Shown piece after piece: positions 1 to 10,001 of a stretch of DNA of 64,000 bases. The stretch is from Candidatus Binatota bacterium. GTDB lineage: Bacteria > Desulfobacterota > Binatia > UBA1149. The position numbers and the translations under genes are program-made. The stretch lies in contig DUBO01000038.1 of assembly GCA_012960245.1 (NCBI GenBank), forward strand, positions 10,627-74,626, in the 5' to 3' direction. A model generated the notes under the pieces. That model ran no database searches, had not been told where the DNA came from, and saw nothing but the letters and a program-made list of their open reading frames with translations. Position 1 is the first letter of the stretch; each line of letters starts with the position of its first letter.

Positions 1-2144
1 TCCTCGTCCCAGATACACATCGCGTAGCCGAGCTCGCCGCTTACCGGGTTGCCAAAATCAGCGGTGCTCACGGCCGGACCGGGCAGCCATTTCCATAGCA
101 ACTTGTCACGCGTCTCACCGGGCCTGTCCTTGATCTCGAGCACGCTGCGGCCAGCAGACAAGGGACTCGTGCAGGTTTGGAGCGGCGCCGGCGAACATCC
201 AAATGCCCCTGACACGCAGCCCATGTTGGCGCAGGTGTCGCCCAGGGTGGTAGCATCGCCGTCCTCGCAGGCAGCCGTGTTGGCAGCCTGCAAGCAACCG
301 CTCGCAGGATCGCAGGAGTGGTCGCTGCATACGTTGCCGTCCTCGCAGTCGGGAGCCACACCGCCCACGCAGCCGCCAGCAGCGCAGGTATCGGCCGTGG
401 TGCAGGCGTTGCCATCGTCGCAAGGCAGAGAGTTGTCGTTATTGGTACAGCCGGTCACCGTGTTGCAGCCGTCGTCGGTGCAACCGTTCCCGTCGTCGCA
501 GTCGGGCGGCAGTCCGCCTACGCAGAGTCCGTCCGAACAGGTGTCGGCCGTGGTGCAGGCGTTGCCGTCATCGCAGCTTATAGAGACGTTGACACTATCG
601 CAGCCAGTGGGCGACACGCAGGAGTCTGCCGTGCACTGGTTGCCATCGTCGCAGTCAGGAGCAGCACCGCCCACGCAGGTACCGGCCGAGCAGGTGTCAC
701 CCGTGGTGCACGCATCGCCGTCGTCGCAGGCCAGGGTATTGGCGTCGTTGCGACAACCGGTACCCGGGTCGCAACTGTCGTCGGTGCACCCGTTGCCGTC
801 CTCGCAGTCCACTGACAGCCCGGACAGGCAGGCCCCGGCCGAGCAGGTGTCACCCGTTGTGCAGGCGTTACCATCGTTGCAGGCCGCGGTGTTGTTCGTG
901 CTGACGCAGCCCGCCGAGGGGTGGCAGGTGTCGTCGGTGCACACGTCGGCATCGTCACAGTCCGGAGCGGCACCACCCACGCAGACCCCGCCCGAACAGG
1001 TGTCGGCCGTGGTACAGGCGTTGCCGTCGTCACAGGCCAACGAAACGTCGTCATTCACGCAACCGGCAAAGGCGTCGCAGCTGTCCTCGGTGCAGGGATT
1101 GGAGTCGTTGCAATCGAGGGGCATGCTTCCCAGGCAGTTGCCGTCCCAGCAGGAATCAACCGTGGTGCAGACGCTGCCGTCGTCGCAAGCCAGGGTGTTG
1201 GGCTGATTACTGCAGCCCACGCCCGCGAGGCAGAGCTCGTCGGTGCAGCCGTTGTTGTCGTCGCAGACGACCAGGGGATCCTCGTCCATGCAGGTCGCCG
1301 AACAGCAGTCGCCGTCTGTGTTGTTGCCGTCATCGCACTGCTCACCCAGGTCGAGCACGCCGTTGCCGCACACATCTATCATGCGACCGAGCACCTTGAA
1401 CTCCTCGGTCAGGAAGTTGCCGAACGGGTCGGGGCCGTTCACCTTGAAGTGGTTGTCGCCACAGGGGCTACCGGCTACGCGATGCGCTATGACCGGGTTA
1501 CCCACGAAGCCGGGCGCCGGTGCGCGATTGGGGTCGGGATCATCAAAGACCAGGAAAGGGCCAACACGACTGTTGTTGATACCCGCAAACGAGGCGAGGT
1601 TGCCCGGCGGGCCGACGAGAAATCCTTGGATGTCTTCTATCACCAGGGTGCCGTCGGAAGCTGCCGTGGCCTCGTCGCTGCCGAAGGGGTGCTTGAAATC
1701 ATATTCGCCGCCAGGCACGAGACCCGAAGCGGTCACCAGGATTACAGCCTCGGCAAACTGTTTGCCGTCAACAGGCAGGCCCCCGTCAAGCGCTGTTCGC
1801 AGGCCCATAACCAGTGTTGCCGTGGCCCCGGAAGCAGACGTGGCCGTGGCCTCGGCCCGCCACCACCAGGCGCTGGACGGCCAGTTGCCCGGAAAAGACG
1901 CCGCCGCCGACGGGTCGGGAAGCTCCGAACCCGCAACGTGATTAAGACAGTTGGCCGCGTCCAGGCAGAGGTCGAGCGCCAAGGCTCCACTGTCCTGGTA
2001 GTAAAGAGGATAGCCGTTGGCCGTATCCACCGGGCCCACGCTGGTCGTGCTGAACACGCAATCGTGGTCGGCCTGGGCCGATGAAGCGCAAAGCATTACA
2101 AAAACAACCGGCAGCAGCGCGGTCAATAACTTATTGATGTTCAT
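1..2144 (-). CDS. Secreted Cys-rich repeat protein, 3' end beyond window (signal peptide, uncharacterised N-terminal domain, CGNG/CDDGN repeats)
   Basis: Absent from the ORF track because there is no stop in the window. Minus frame open from ATG 2144 (MNINKLLTALLPVVFVMLCASSAQA-DHDC...) to base 1. Contains VCGNGVLDLGEQCDDGNNTDGDCCSATC (myxobacterial Cys-rich/DUF4215-like) and CDDGNACT repeats. The + ORFs 49..1206 and 1243..1941 are its antisense shadows. Confidence 0.9.
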   Translation of the reverse strand, partial: MNINKLLTALLPVVFVMLCASSAQADHDCVFSTTSVGPVDTANGYPLYYQDSGALALDLCLDAANCLNHVAGSELPDPSAAASFPGNWPSSAWWWRAEATATSASGATATLVMGLRTALDGGLPVDGKQFAEAVILVTASGLVPGGEYDFKHPFGSDEATAASDGTLVIEDIQGFLVGPPGNLASFAGINNSRVGPFLVFDDPDPNRAPAPGFVGNPVIAHRVAGSPCGDNHFKVNGPDPFGNFLTEEFKVLGRMIDVCGNGVLDLGEQCDDGNNTDGDCCSATCMDEDPLVVCDDNNGCTDELCLAGVGCSNQPNTLACDDGSVCTTVDSCWDGNCLGSMPLDCNDSNPCTEDSCDAFAGCVNDDVSLACDDGNACTTADTCSGGVCVGGAAPDCDDADVCTDDTCHPSAGCVSTNNTAACNDGNACTTGDTCSAGACLSGLSVDCEDGNGCTDDSCDPGTGCRNDANTLACDDGDACTTGDTCSAGTCVGGAAPDCDDGNQCTADSCVSPTGCDSVNVSISCDDGNACTTADTCSDGLCVGGLPPDCDDGNGCTDDGCNTVTGCTNNDNSLPCDDGNACTTADTCAAGGCVGGVAPDCEDGNVCSDHSCDPASGCLQAANTAACEDGDATTLGDTCANMGCVSGAFGCSPAPLQTCTSPLSAGRSVLEIKDRPGETRDKLLWKWLPGPAVSTADFGNPVSGELGYAMCIWDE
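240..1260 (-). repeat. About 6-7 tandem 153-bp (51-aa) Cys-rich coding repeats
   Basis: gtggtgcaggcgttgcc-like anchor recurs at 397, 550, 703, 856, 1009 and 1162 (153-bp period). Confidence 0.85.
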
Positions 2145-2435
2145 TCTTTTACCCCGAGTCCAGGCGCACCGGCGCGAAGGCGGCAGATGCGGCGGACTGC
2201 TTAAGATTGAGGGGGATAAATTGAAGCTCAGCAGCCCCCCGGCGTGGGAAAGACAGCCCGTGAGCGTTTTTGCCGGGCTTGAGCCTCTACCGAGGGGCGG
2301 AAACCCGGCAAGGGGCAAGGCATGTGCTGCACCGAGGCCTACCCCCGAGGGGGGGGGCTGTTCCTGCCGAGCTAGTTGCCCACTGTTCCCGCCACCCTTG
2401 GCCTTTGTCGCGCGCGCAATTTACATTTACCCACG

Positions 2436-3695
2436 ATGGCCACTCGAATTGCACGCTACGATAACCCGCTGCGGGCCATGGAGTTCACGCGCGAACCAGG
2501 CGACTACCGCATTGAGAGCCACGGCCTGGTGGCCGCCGACTCGGGCAACTCCCAGGCCACCCTGTGGCTACCACGGGGCGAGCGGCCTCGCACCGTGGTG
2601 TCGCTGCTGCACCCTCAGGCCAACTTTACGCGTCACTACGCCGTGCCGCCGCTGCTCGAGGCCGGCCACGCGGTGTTCGCGCATAACAGCCGCTGCCTGG
2701 GCAACGACTCGACCGCCGTCCACGAACAACTGCTCATGGACGCGGCCGCGGGCTTGTTACGCCTGCGCGAGCTCGGCTTCGAGAGAATAGTGCTGCTGGG
2801 CAACAGCGGTGGCGGCTCACTGTACAGCTACTACCTGCAACAGTCCGCGTTGCCGCCCGAACAGCGGGTGACCGATACGCCGGCGGGACCCGCACCGCTG
2901 GGCGGCGCAGGCGGCGACCTGCGGAAAATTGAAATGCCCATGGCCGACGCCGTGGTCTTCCTGGCTGCGCACCCCGGCGAGGGGGATTTTCTGTTGCAGG
3001 TCATCGACGCGTCGGTCAGCGACGAGTCCGATCCCGTTTCCTGCCTGCCCTCCTTGGATCTTTACGACCCGGCCAACGGCTTTGGCCTTCCACCCGGTGA
3101 AACCCGCTACACCGACGAGTTTGTCGAGCGCTACCGCGCCGGGCAGCGCGCCCGCGTGGAGCGCATAGATGCGCGTGCACGCAAGATACTTGGCGTGAGA
3201 ACGGCGGCCCTCGAGCGGCTGGCCGAACAGCCCGACGACCGCGACGCCTGGCGCGCGGCAACCGCCGACACGCTGCTTAACACCTACCGCACCGAGGCAG
3301 ACCCGCGCTGCGTGGATCTCACGCTCGACCCCTCGGCGCGTGACTACGGCTCGCTGTTTGACCATCGGCCCGACCTCATCAATTACAACCCGCGTGGATT
3401 CGCGCGCACGACCACGCCCGAAGCCTGGCTCTCAACCTGGTCGGGGCTGTCTTCACGCGCGAGTTTTACCCGCTGCGGCAGCGACGTGACCATCCCGGCA
3501 CTGATGATCAACTACACGGGCGACAACGCGATCTTTCCTTCCGAGGCCCAGGCTATTTTTGAATCGCTGGGCAGCGCCGACAAAAAATTCGTCGAGCTGC
3601 CCGGCGATCACTACGGCCACCCGCTGGCGGACAGCGATGCCTGGGGACGAGACCTCGCGCTGGCCGAGATAACGGATTGGCTTTCGGGGCTATAG
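2436..3695 (+). CDS. Alpha/beta hydrolase-fold protein
   Basis: GNSGG nucleophile elbow; C-terminal GD...GDH acid/His region; start taken at ATG 2436. Confidence 0.75.
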   Translation: MATRIARYDNPLRAMEFTREPGDYRIESHGLVAADSGNSQATLWLPRGERPRTVVSLLHPQANFTRHYAVPPLLEAGHAVFAHNSRCLGNDSTAVHEQLLMDAAAGLLRLRELGFERIVLLGNSGGGSLYSYYLQQSALPPEQRVTDTPAGPAPLGGAGGDLRKIEMPMADAVVFLAAHPGEGDFLLQVIDASVSDESDPVSCLPSLDLYDPANGFGLPPGETRYTDEFVERYRAGQRARVERIDARARKILGVRTAALERLAEQPDDRDAWRAATADTLLNTYRTEADPRCVDLTLDPSARDYGSLFDHRPDLINYNPRGFARTTTPEAWLSTWSGLSSRASFTRCGSDVTIPALMINYTGDNAIFPSEAQAIFESLGSADKKFVELPGDHYGHPLADSDAWGRDLALAEITDWLSGL

Positions 3696-3733
3696 CTTTC
3701 CGGGCTATAGCTTTCCCGGCTATGGCTTTCCGG
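3680..3733. repeat. 15-bp tandem repeat (about 3.6 copies) at a convergent gene junction
   Basis: gctttcggggctata / gctttccgggctata / gctttcccggctatg / gctttccgg. Confidence 0.85.
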
Positions 3734-4916
3734 ATGGCGTTCCGCGCACAACGTCGGCCAGGTTATCCACGTGACCGTCGTCGTTTGAAAGCAGTACATC
3801 GTTAAAACCGCAGCCCTCTTCTATGACGTCGAGCACCGCGGGCTGGTAGAACGAGGTCACCAGCGAGCGACGCATGGAGCCGCAGCCCAGGGGCGCGGGC
3901 GCAGCGTGCATGGTGTCGCCCAGGTGCATCAGCAGGTCGCCGGGCTCGCCAGCGACCGTGACCACGGGCAGGCCGACTTCCTCCTGGGCCGCGGGCGCGG
4001 AGCAGGCAAAGCGATGGCTTCCGGCCAGGAACTTGAGCGTACCCGTATCAGGGTTGGCGGGCTCGAGCAGCACACTCACCTGCACCACCGGGCAGAGAAG
4101 GGCGTGGCCACCCATGCCACAATCCACGTGCCATGGAAGATCCGACAGGCCGTCGGCGATGTCCGGGTTCTTGATGATGATAGCTATGCCGTCAAGACGG
4201 TCGGGGCCGGGCAACAGGCTGTCGTCAAAAGCCGCCACGAGGCGACGCACGCGGGGGTCGTCGCAGATGGCGGCTATGGAGGGACACGAGAGGTTGGCAT
4301 AGGTCACGCGGCACAAGCGGGTCTCGCCCTCGGCGCTGCGCGCCCACCAGCTGCGACGGTCCCCCTGCCGGGCTGCGGCTACCGCACTGTCGGCGTCGGC
4401 TCGCAGCACGGCGATCTCGTCTGCAGAAAACACCCCGCGCACGACGGCGAAGCCGGCCTCGCGAATAAAAAGCCCGAGCTCGGCGGCGCCAACATCTGCG
4501 GGGAAAACCTGCTCGATGTCCAGCCTGCCGCCGTCCTTGTCGCGAAGATCGAGCTCGCCGGGTACGAACACCGGCAGGCCGTGGTGCAAGGCCCTTATGG
4601 CCTGTTCCCAGCGCAACAGCAGCTCCACGTCACCGCGCTCAAGGCTGAGCATGCCCGAGTACAGCAGCGAGGGCACAGTACGCATCTGCTCGACGAACTC
4701 GCCCCAGGACACGGCACTCATGGCCACCACGCAGGCCGCGCGTTCGTCTCCCGCCACTACTTCCACCCCGTCGGGTCCGGGCAGGTAAGTGTAACTGGCT
4801 CCGTCCACCTCGAAGGCGATGCCTGCCAGGCCCACCGTGCCCGCGGCCGCCAGGCGGCCGTTGCCCGCCTGTATGCGTCGAGGCAACTCGTCGTTGTGAA
4901 ATTCTACGAAGTTCAC
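3720..4916 (-). CDS. Phytanoyl-CoA dioxygenase (PhyH)-family 2OG-Fe(II) oxygenase with N-terminal SCP2-like region
   Basis: WHVD (HxD) motif, LKFLAGSH, GDLLMH...MHAA, RRSL; GTG start 4916 after GGAGAG. Confidence 0.75.
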   Translation of the reverse strand: MNFVEFHNDELPRRIQAGNGRLAAAGTVGLAGIAFEVDGASYTYLPGPDGVEVVAGDERAACVVAMSAVSWGEFVEQMRTVPSLLYSGMLSLERGDVELLLRWEQAIRALHHGLPVFVPGELDLRDKDGGRLDIEQVFPADVGAAELGLFIREAGFAVVRGVFSADEIAVLRADADSAVAAARQGDRRSWWARSAEGETRLCRVTYANLSCPSIAAICDDPRVRRLVAAFDDSLLPGPDRLDGIAIIIKNPDIADGLSDLPWHVDCGMGGHALLCPVVQVSVLLEPANPDTGTLKFLAGSHRFACSAPAAQEEVGLPVVTVAGEPGDLLMHLGDTMHAAPAPLGCGSMRRSLVTSFYQPAVLDVIEEGCGFNDVLLSNDDGHVDNLADVVRGTPSGKP

Positions 4917-4962
4917 GTTCTCTCCACCGGCAGCCCCGTTACCTTTAACGCAAAAGGGGCCA

Positions 4963-5919
4963 CTACTCCCCCTTGCGAAAGAAGGAGGCCAGGTAGGGGC
5001 CGACCTCATACGGGCGGGTAAATGTTATGGCGTGGGCACCACCCTCGATGGTGTTGAGTTCGAGACCCGGCACGTCTTCAGCCAGGAGTTTCGAGCTCGA
5101 ATAGGGCACCACCTTGTCGGAGTCGCCCCACACCGCCATCACCGGCAGCGCGCTCGCGCCCAGTACGCGAAAGCGCTCGCGCATGTCGCTCAGCGGGTAC
5201 TCGACCAGCGTGGAGCCCAGGGCTTCAACGTAGCCCGGGTAGCGGAGCTGCTCGTTGTAGAGCTCCACGAAGTCACGCGGCGCACCTGCCAGGGCCGCCA
5301 TCTCCTCGACCCTTGAGCTGAGCACCCGCGGAGCGAACTGCGCGAACAACCACTCGCCCACCAGCGGCAGGCGCGTTAACCTGGCCGCCAGAGGCAAGCC
5401 CACCGGGTAGCCAGCCGGAGCGATCAGCCCCACGGCCGCCACGCGCTCGGGCCTCCGCGCGGCGTACTCGGTGACAATGGCACCGCCCATGGAGTAGCCC
5501 ACCAGGCCCACGCGCGCACCCTCGGCCGTGAGTCCATTGATGACGCCATCGAGCTGCCGGTCGAAAAGCTCGAGGTCGTACGGCGGTCCGGGGCGATCTG
5601 AAAAGCCTCGGCCGTAGTTGTCATAGGCGACCACCCGCAGGCCGGCATTGAGCAGGTAAGGCAGGACGCCGCGCCAGACGAAAGACGGTACAGAAAACCC
5701 GTGCACGAGGATTACCGTGTCAGCGTTCTCTTCTCCGCTGACCTGGTAGTGGACCCAGCCGTCCGGCAGCTCGAGAAAGCTGCCGCCCAGCCGCTCGCGT
5801 TCAGCCACGTCCAGCGGCACGGTCTCATCGGCGACGGCCTGCGCTGGCAGAAGGACCAGTAGCGAAAACAAAAACGCTGCCAGCAGGCGAGCAACCCCTG
5901 CTACTCCTGCAACTATCAC
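4963..5919 (-). CDS. Alpha/beta hydrolase with N-terminal signal/anchor
   Basis: LVHGFS, GYSMGG, WGDSD, GGAH motifs. Confidence 0.85.
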   Translation of the reverse strand: MIVAGVAGVARLLAAFLFSLLVLLPAQAVADETVPLDVAERERLGGSFLELPDGWVHYQVSGEENADTVILVHGFSVPSFVWRGVLPYLLNAGLRVVAYDNYGRGFSDRPGPPYDLELFDRQLDGVINGLTAEGARVGLVGYSMGGAIVTEYAARRPERVAAVGLIAPAGYPVGLPLAARLTRLPLVGEWLFAQFAPRVLSSRVEEMAALAGAPRDFVELYNEQLRYPGYVEALGSTLVEYPLSDMRERFRVLGASALPVMAVWGDSDKVVPYSSSKLLAEDVPGLELNTIEGGAHAITFTRPYEVGPYLASFFRKGE

Positions 5920-6794
5920 CCGACTCTCCCTTTTTTCTCCGCCGCAAGTTCATCCAGCGGCCCCCTGTAGCCCTCATGGTAGCCGGGGTAGAGCAAGCTG
6001 AATCCGCTGGCACGCAGCAGCGCGTTGCTGCAACGCTTGCCGGCGCTGTTTCCACCTGGACCTTCGAGTCGGAGGTCCGGCAGACCAAGCTCCCCCCTCG
6101 CCCAGGCGGCGACCTCGTGACGAGTGGCCGGGGTGTCATCGACCACGTTGTACAGCGCAGCGGGTTGCGGCAGTTCGGCCAGGTGCAGCAGCGCACGGGC
6201 AGCGTCGTCGACCTGGACCCGGTTGGTCCAGGCCGGACGGTCGGGGAGGCGCAGCTCGCCCGCGGCGACCGAGCGCAGGAACGCGCCCGGGCCGGGGCCG
6301 TAGATGCCCCCCAGCCTGGCCACGACCACTTCAGCCCGCGTTCGGGCGCGGGCCAGTTGCTCGGCTTCGAGCATGACCGCGCCGTTGAAACGCAGCGGCC
6401 TGGTATCGCCGTGTTCGTCTACCCAGCCGCCATCATCCTGCGCGTACACGGCCGTGCTCGAGGCAAGGACCAGGCGGCGCAAGTCCGCGCAGGCCGGGGT
6501 CGCCAGCAGCGTGGCCAGCCCGTCGAGATACACCGCGCGGTAGGCCTGCTCGTCGCCGCGATCAGGCGAGGCCGTAAATACAACGAGGTCGACGCCGCCC
6601 GGTATCGCGCTCTCCAACAAGCCCGACAGCGAGGCCGCGTCGCTGAGATCGGCGGCAAGCGGCCTCACGTTATCGGGCATGACAGCGGGCTTGCGGCTGA
6701 GCCCGTACACATCGCGACCGCCCTCGGCCATCATCCCGGCCACGCGTGAGCCCACGCGCCCGCAGCCGGCCACGAGCACGACTCCCGCACTCAA
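5916..6794 (-). CDS. NAD-dependent epimerase/dehydratase (atypical SDR, YeeZ-like)
   Basis: GCGRVG Rossmann motif, SSTAVY, RLGGIYGPG; 4-bp overlaps with neighbours. Confidence 0.85.
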   Translation of the reverse strand: MSAGVVLVAGCGRVGSRVAGMMAEGGRDVYGLSRKPAVMPDNVRPLAADLSDAASLSGLLESAIPGGVDLVVFTASPDRGDEQAYRAVYLDGLATLLATPACADLRRLVLASSTAVYAQDDGGWVDEHGDTRPLRFNGAVMLEAEQLARARTRAEVVVARLGGIYGPGPGAFLRSVAAGELRLPDRPAWTNRVQVDDAARALLHLAELPQPAALYNVVDDTPATRHEVAAWARGELGLPDLRLEGPGGNSAGKRCSNALLRASGFSLLYPGYHEGYRGPLDELAAEKKGRVG

Positions 6795-7753
6795 GGCTGT
6801 TTACCCATGGCCTTCAACTGCTGCTCGAAGCGTTCGCAGGGGTCGAGATCATCGGCTCGGGGTGTAAACCACAGGTAGTCAAACGGCAAGCGACCGTCAA
6901 AGTGTTCGGCGTAGTCGTCCGGACTCCGCTTGCCCGCGATCACCTCCACGAAAGCCAGGGACAGAAGCTGTCGGCGAGTACGCGAGTCGAGATGCCAGGC
7001 TACGCCGCGGTCGAGCCTCGTGTGGCCCAGGCCGGCGATCAACACAGCGCCGTCTTCTCCAGCACCGTCTTCTCCGGCACCGTCGTGGCCTGCCAGCGCG
7101 GCGGCCATGCGCGAGTCACGCGACTGCTGAATCACGACCATGGCGTCGACCATGTGGCCACTGGCGTAGCCGCAGTGCGATTCGATGATCTCGCGCCTGA
7201 GTTCGCCGACGGCCTTATCATCGAGCGGAGTATCCACCGGCGCCGAAAGTCCGCGGGCCTCGCCCCGGCTTATCCCTGCGCCTACCAGTTGCAGGTCTCG
7301 CTCCAGCGCCACGTTAAAAATCGGGCGATACAGTTGCCAGTCCGGCCAGCCACTCGAGTCCCAGTCCAACTCCCGCCTCAACTCCGCCGCCGTGCAGCCT
7401 CGCCGCCCTCGGTCTCGACAGGCGGCCCAGGCCTGCTCGGCCACGGCGGGGCTGAGCATCTCGAGCAGCAGCGCCGGACGGCGACCGGCGTCCACCAGCC
7501 CGCGAAGAACCGCGGCCTGCAGGCGATGGTGATCGGGGTTGTCGTGTTGCTCGCCGAGCAACACGAGTCGTGCGCCTCGAGCAGCCTCCCTCACCTCTCC
7601 GCAGTCAACCAACGCGGCAGCGTCCACCGACCAGCAACTGCCCACCAGCGGGTGATCGCGGTGGTGGGCACTGCGCCAGCCCGTGCCCAGGCTGCAACCC
7701 GCGACGAGGAGGCCAAGGGCAACCGCGACCGTCTCTTTCAACAACAATGCCAC
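6791..7753 (-). CDS. ChaN-family (heme-uptake, DUF399) lipoprotein
   Basis: Lipobox VAGC; LLGEQHDNPDHH, LLEM, WPDWQLYRPIF, SHCG, RDSRMA, AGLGH. Confidence 0.85.
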   Translation of the reverse strand: MALLLKETVAVALGLLVAGCSLGTGWRSAHHRDHPLVGSCWSVDAAALVDCGEVREAARGARLVLLGEQHDNPDHHRLQAAVLRGLVDAGRRPALLLEMLSPAVAEQAWAACRDRGRRGCTAAELRRELDWDSSGWPDWQLYRPIFNVALERDLQLVGAGISRGEARGLSAPVDTPLDDKAVGELRREIIESHCGYASGHMVDAMVVIQQSRDSRMAAALAGHDGAGEDGAGEDGAVLIAGLGHTRLDRGVAWHLDSRTRRQLLSLAFVEVIAGKRSPDDYAEHFDGRLPFDYLWFTPRADDLDPCERFEQQLKAMGKQP

Positions 7754-7777
7754 CTGGGTTTCAATGCCACCGAGGTT

Positions 7778-8644
7778 TCACGGCCGCCCCGCGTGGGGCA
7801 CCTCCACGCGCACCAGCTCAATGCTGCCACCCAGCTGCTCGAGCGCTTCTTCGGGTTCCGAGGTTGTGGCCGCACAGATGAACAGGCTACGACCATCTTC
7901 ACCTCCCAGCATGCAGGCAAACGATTCGCTGGCCAGCTCTACGCGGTCGCTGATGCGGCCCCCTTCGTGCACGCGCAACAGCTGGTTTCCGAACACCGTG
8001 GCCACCCAGATTGCGCCCTCGGCGTCCAGGCAACACCCGTCGGGGGCCACGCCCTCGAGCTTGGCCCAGCTGCGCCGGCCCGACAGCGACCCATCGGCGG
8101 CTATGTCGAAGGCCGTCAAGCAGCCGGCAAAGGTTTCGCAGATGATCAAGGTACTACCGTCGGGCGTGATCACGGTACCGTTGGGAAATTTCATCTGGTC
8201 GGCGGCTACACTGACGGCACCGTCTCGTTCGACCATGAGCAAGAGCGCGTCGCTGGGCGTGGGATCGTCACCGTAGATGTCCGAGCCGAAGTTTCCGACA
8301 TAAGCGCGCCCCTGCTCATCGACCACCATGTCGTTGCAGTGCCAGGTGGCCAGGCCCGACAAGTCGGCCACCTCGACCAGGCCGTCGGGGTCCAGGCGCA
8401 GCAAGCGACGGTCGCGCATGGAAACCACCAGCATGCGCCCCGCGTCGGCCGCACCGTCGTCGGGTAACCAGCCCAAGCCCGAGGGCGACTGCTCCACCCG
8501 GCACACCAGTTCGACAGAACCGCTTTCGTCCACGGACTCCACCACGCAACGGTGCATGTCAGAATAGTAGAGGCGGCCGTCCTTCCACCTCGGCCCCTCG
8601 CCAAAGGCCAGGCCGGACACCAGGGTTTCGGTTTTATAATTCAT
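7778..8644 (-). CDS. SMP-30/gluconolactonase/LRE family protein
   Basis: FGEGPRW, NDMVVD, FPNG, PDGCCLDAEGAIWVA. Confidence 0.9.
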   Translation of the reverse strand: MNYKTETLVSGLAFGEGPRWKDGRLYYSDMHRCVVESVDESGSVELVCRVEQSPSGLGWLPDDGAADAGRMLVVSMRDRRLLRLDPDGLVEVADLSGLATWHCNDMVVDEQGRAYVGNFGSDIYGDDPTPSDALLLMVERDGAVSVAADQMKFPNGTVITPDGSTLIICETFAGCLTAFDIAADGSLSGRRSWAKLEGVAPDGCCLDAEGAIWVATVFGNQLLRVHEGGRISDRVELASESFACMLGGEDGRSLFICAATTSEPEEALEQLGGSIELVRVEVPHAGRP

Positions 8645-8743
8645 AGCAGGCCCCCGCGACGCGCCACGAAAAATCAACGCGCCAGTGACCGTCGCTACAC
8701 GCGTCGGGGAGAAGAAACAAAAGCTGAGACCAAAGCGGGGGCG

Positions 8744-9925
8744 TCAGTGCCAGACAAAGCCGGCGGTGGCCAGCGACGACTCAACGAAGCGTTGCACGCT
8801 GGACTTCATGAGGTAAGTAACGTGGGCACCGTCGAACCAGTGCACCGGCGGTCGCTCCCAGTGCCGCCACAACGCGTCGGCCTGGTAAGGCCGGGCCAGG
8901 CGGTCGGCGAGACCCGCAAAAATAAACCGCTTGTCCCTGGCCACCTGCGGGGCGAAGCTCAGCGGATTTATAACGCTGGTCACCCGCGCTAGCAGCTGGT
9001 AGCCCTGCTCGCTTGCGAGCGGCTTGCGACCAGGTATCGGGATCTCGTTGTCACGCACCAGGCCAGCGAAATCGACGGCGGGTATGCCCGCAATCACGCA
9101 ATCGGCCGGCTCCAGTCCGCTGGTGAGCGAAGCGGCGAGTGAACCCAACGACAATCCGTACAAGCCCACCGGTTGGTCGTCTTCGCTCTTGAGCCAACCG
9201 ACCAGTCGCCGCAGATCCCAGGCAGCCTGCGCGAAGCAGTAGACCATGGTCATGAAGTCGGCGGCCAGCAGTTCACGGCCGCTCGTCCTGCCGGGTGCGC
9301 GCGGACCGTGCAGCGGCAGGACGGGAAACGCGAGGTTCAAGCCGAGCTCGCTGTGAAGTTTCCGCGCGTTGAATCCGGTAAACGCGGTCAGCGGCCCACC
9401 CATGCCGAAGCCGTGTACACACACCAACCAGGGGCGCGGCGGCCCAGGGTAGCGAAGCACGTAAGCATGAAAACGACGGTTGGGCTCTATGACTTGCCAG
9501 CGTTCGCGCCCCGGCTCGCTCGGCCACGGCTCGTAGAGGCTGGGGTAACTCAACTGCTGGTACTGCAACCGCCGGAGCCCCTGCTGAGACACGGCGCGCC
9601 CCAGCGATACTTCTTCCACCGGCGGCGGGTCGCGGTGGTAGCTGGACGGGTCGGCCAACCAACCGCGTCGCTCAAACAACTGCTCAGCGTCGGCGAGCTG
9701 GGCGAAGCCCTTGGAGATTCGTTCTTCAAGGTTACGCCCGGCCGCAAGGTTGGCGGCCAACGCAAAACCCCTGTCCAGCGCCGCTTCGGCCATAGCTCCC
9801 AGCGACGGACCGGGCCGCGGGACCCGCAGGCGCATATCGTTCTCGCGGTATCCCTTCCAGGTATCGCTGAGCGTATTAACGGCGGACCGAGCAGACAGGG
9901 CAAGGTTGTCCAGGTAGTTTCCCAA
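8744..9925 (-). CDS. Alpha/beta hydrolase-fold protein
   Basis: VHGFGMG, LPLHGPR, GLSLG, DRL, GAH. Confidence 0.75.
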   Translation of the reverse strand: MGNYLDNLALSARSAVNTLSDTWKGYRENDMRLRVPRPGPSLGAMAEAALDRGFALAANLAAGRNLEERISKGFAQLADAEQLFERRGWLADPSSYHRDPPPVEEVSLGRAVSQQGLRRLQYQQLSYPSLYEPWPSEPGRERWQVIEPNRRFHAYVLRYPGPPRPWLVCVHGFGMGGPLTAFTGFNARKLHSELGLNLAFPVLPLHGPRAPGRTSGRELLAADFMTMVYCFAQAAWDLRRLVGWLKSEDDQPVGLYGLSLGSLAASLTSGLEPADCVIAGIPAVDFAGLVRDNEIPIPGRKPLASEQGYQLLARVTSVINPLSFAPQVARDKRFIFAGLADRLARPYQADALWRHWERPPVHWFDGAHVTYLMKSSVQRFVESSLATAGFVWH

Positions 9926-10001
9926 CTGCTTAAGCTAAACCCGCAGGGGGACTGCTGTCAATAGCTTTCTGTGCGGTTACCGTCACCCAGACCGCCGGCG
10001 G

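Noticed and set aside
49-2084. Long + strand ORFs (385, 387 and 232 aa) with Ser/Gln/Pro repeats
   Set aside because: Antisense shadows of the Cys-rich minus-strand gene 1..2144
2270-2311. Extended hairpin ttgccggg...cccggcaa upstream of the Cys-rich gene (possible c-di-GMP riboswitch)
   Set aside because: Lacks the GEMM consensus elements; function cannot be supported
7046-7085. 15-bp coding repeat (DGAGE x2-3) in the ChaN gene
   Set aside because: Simple slippage in a linker; no evidence of function
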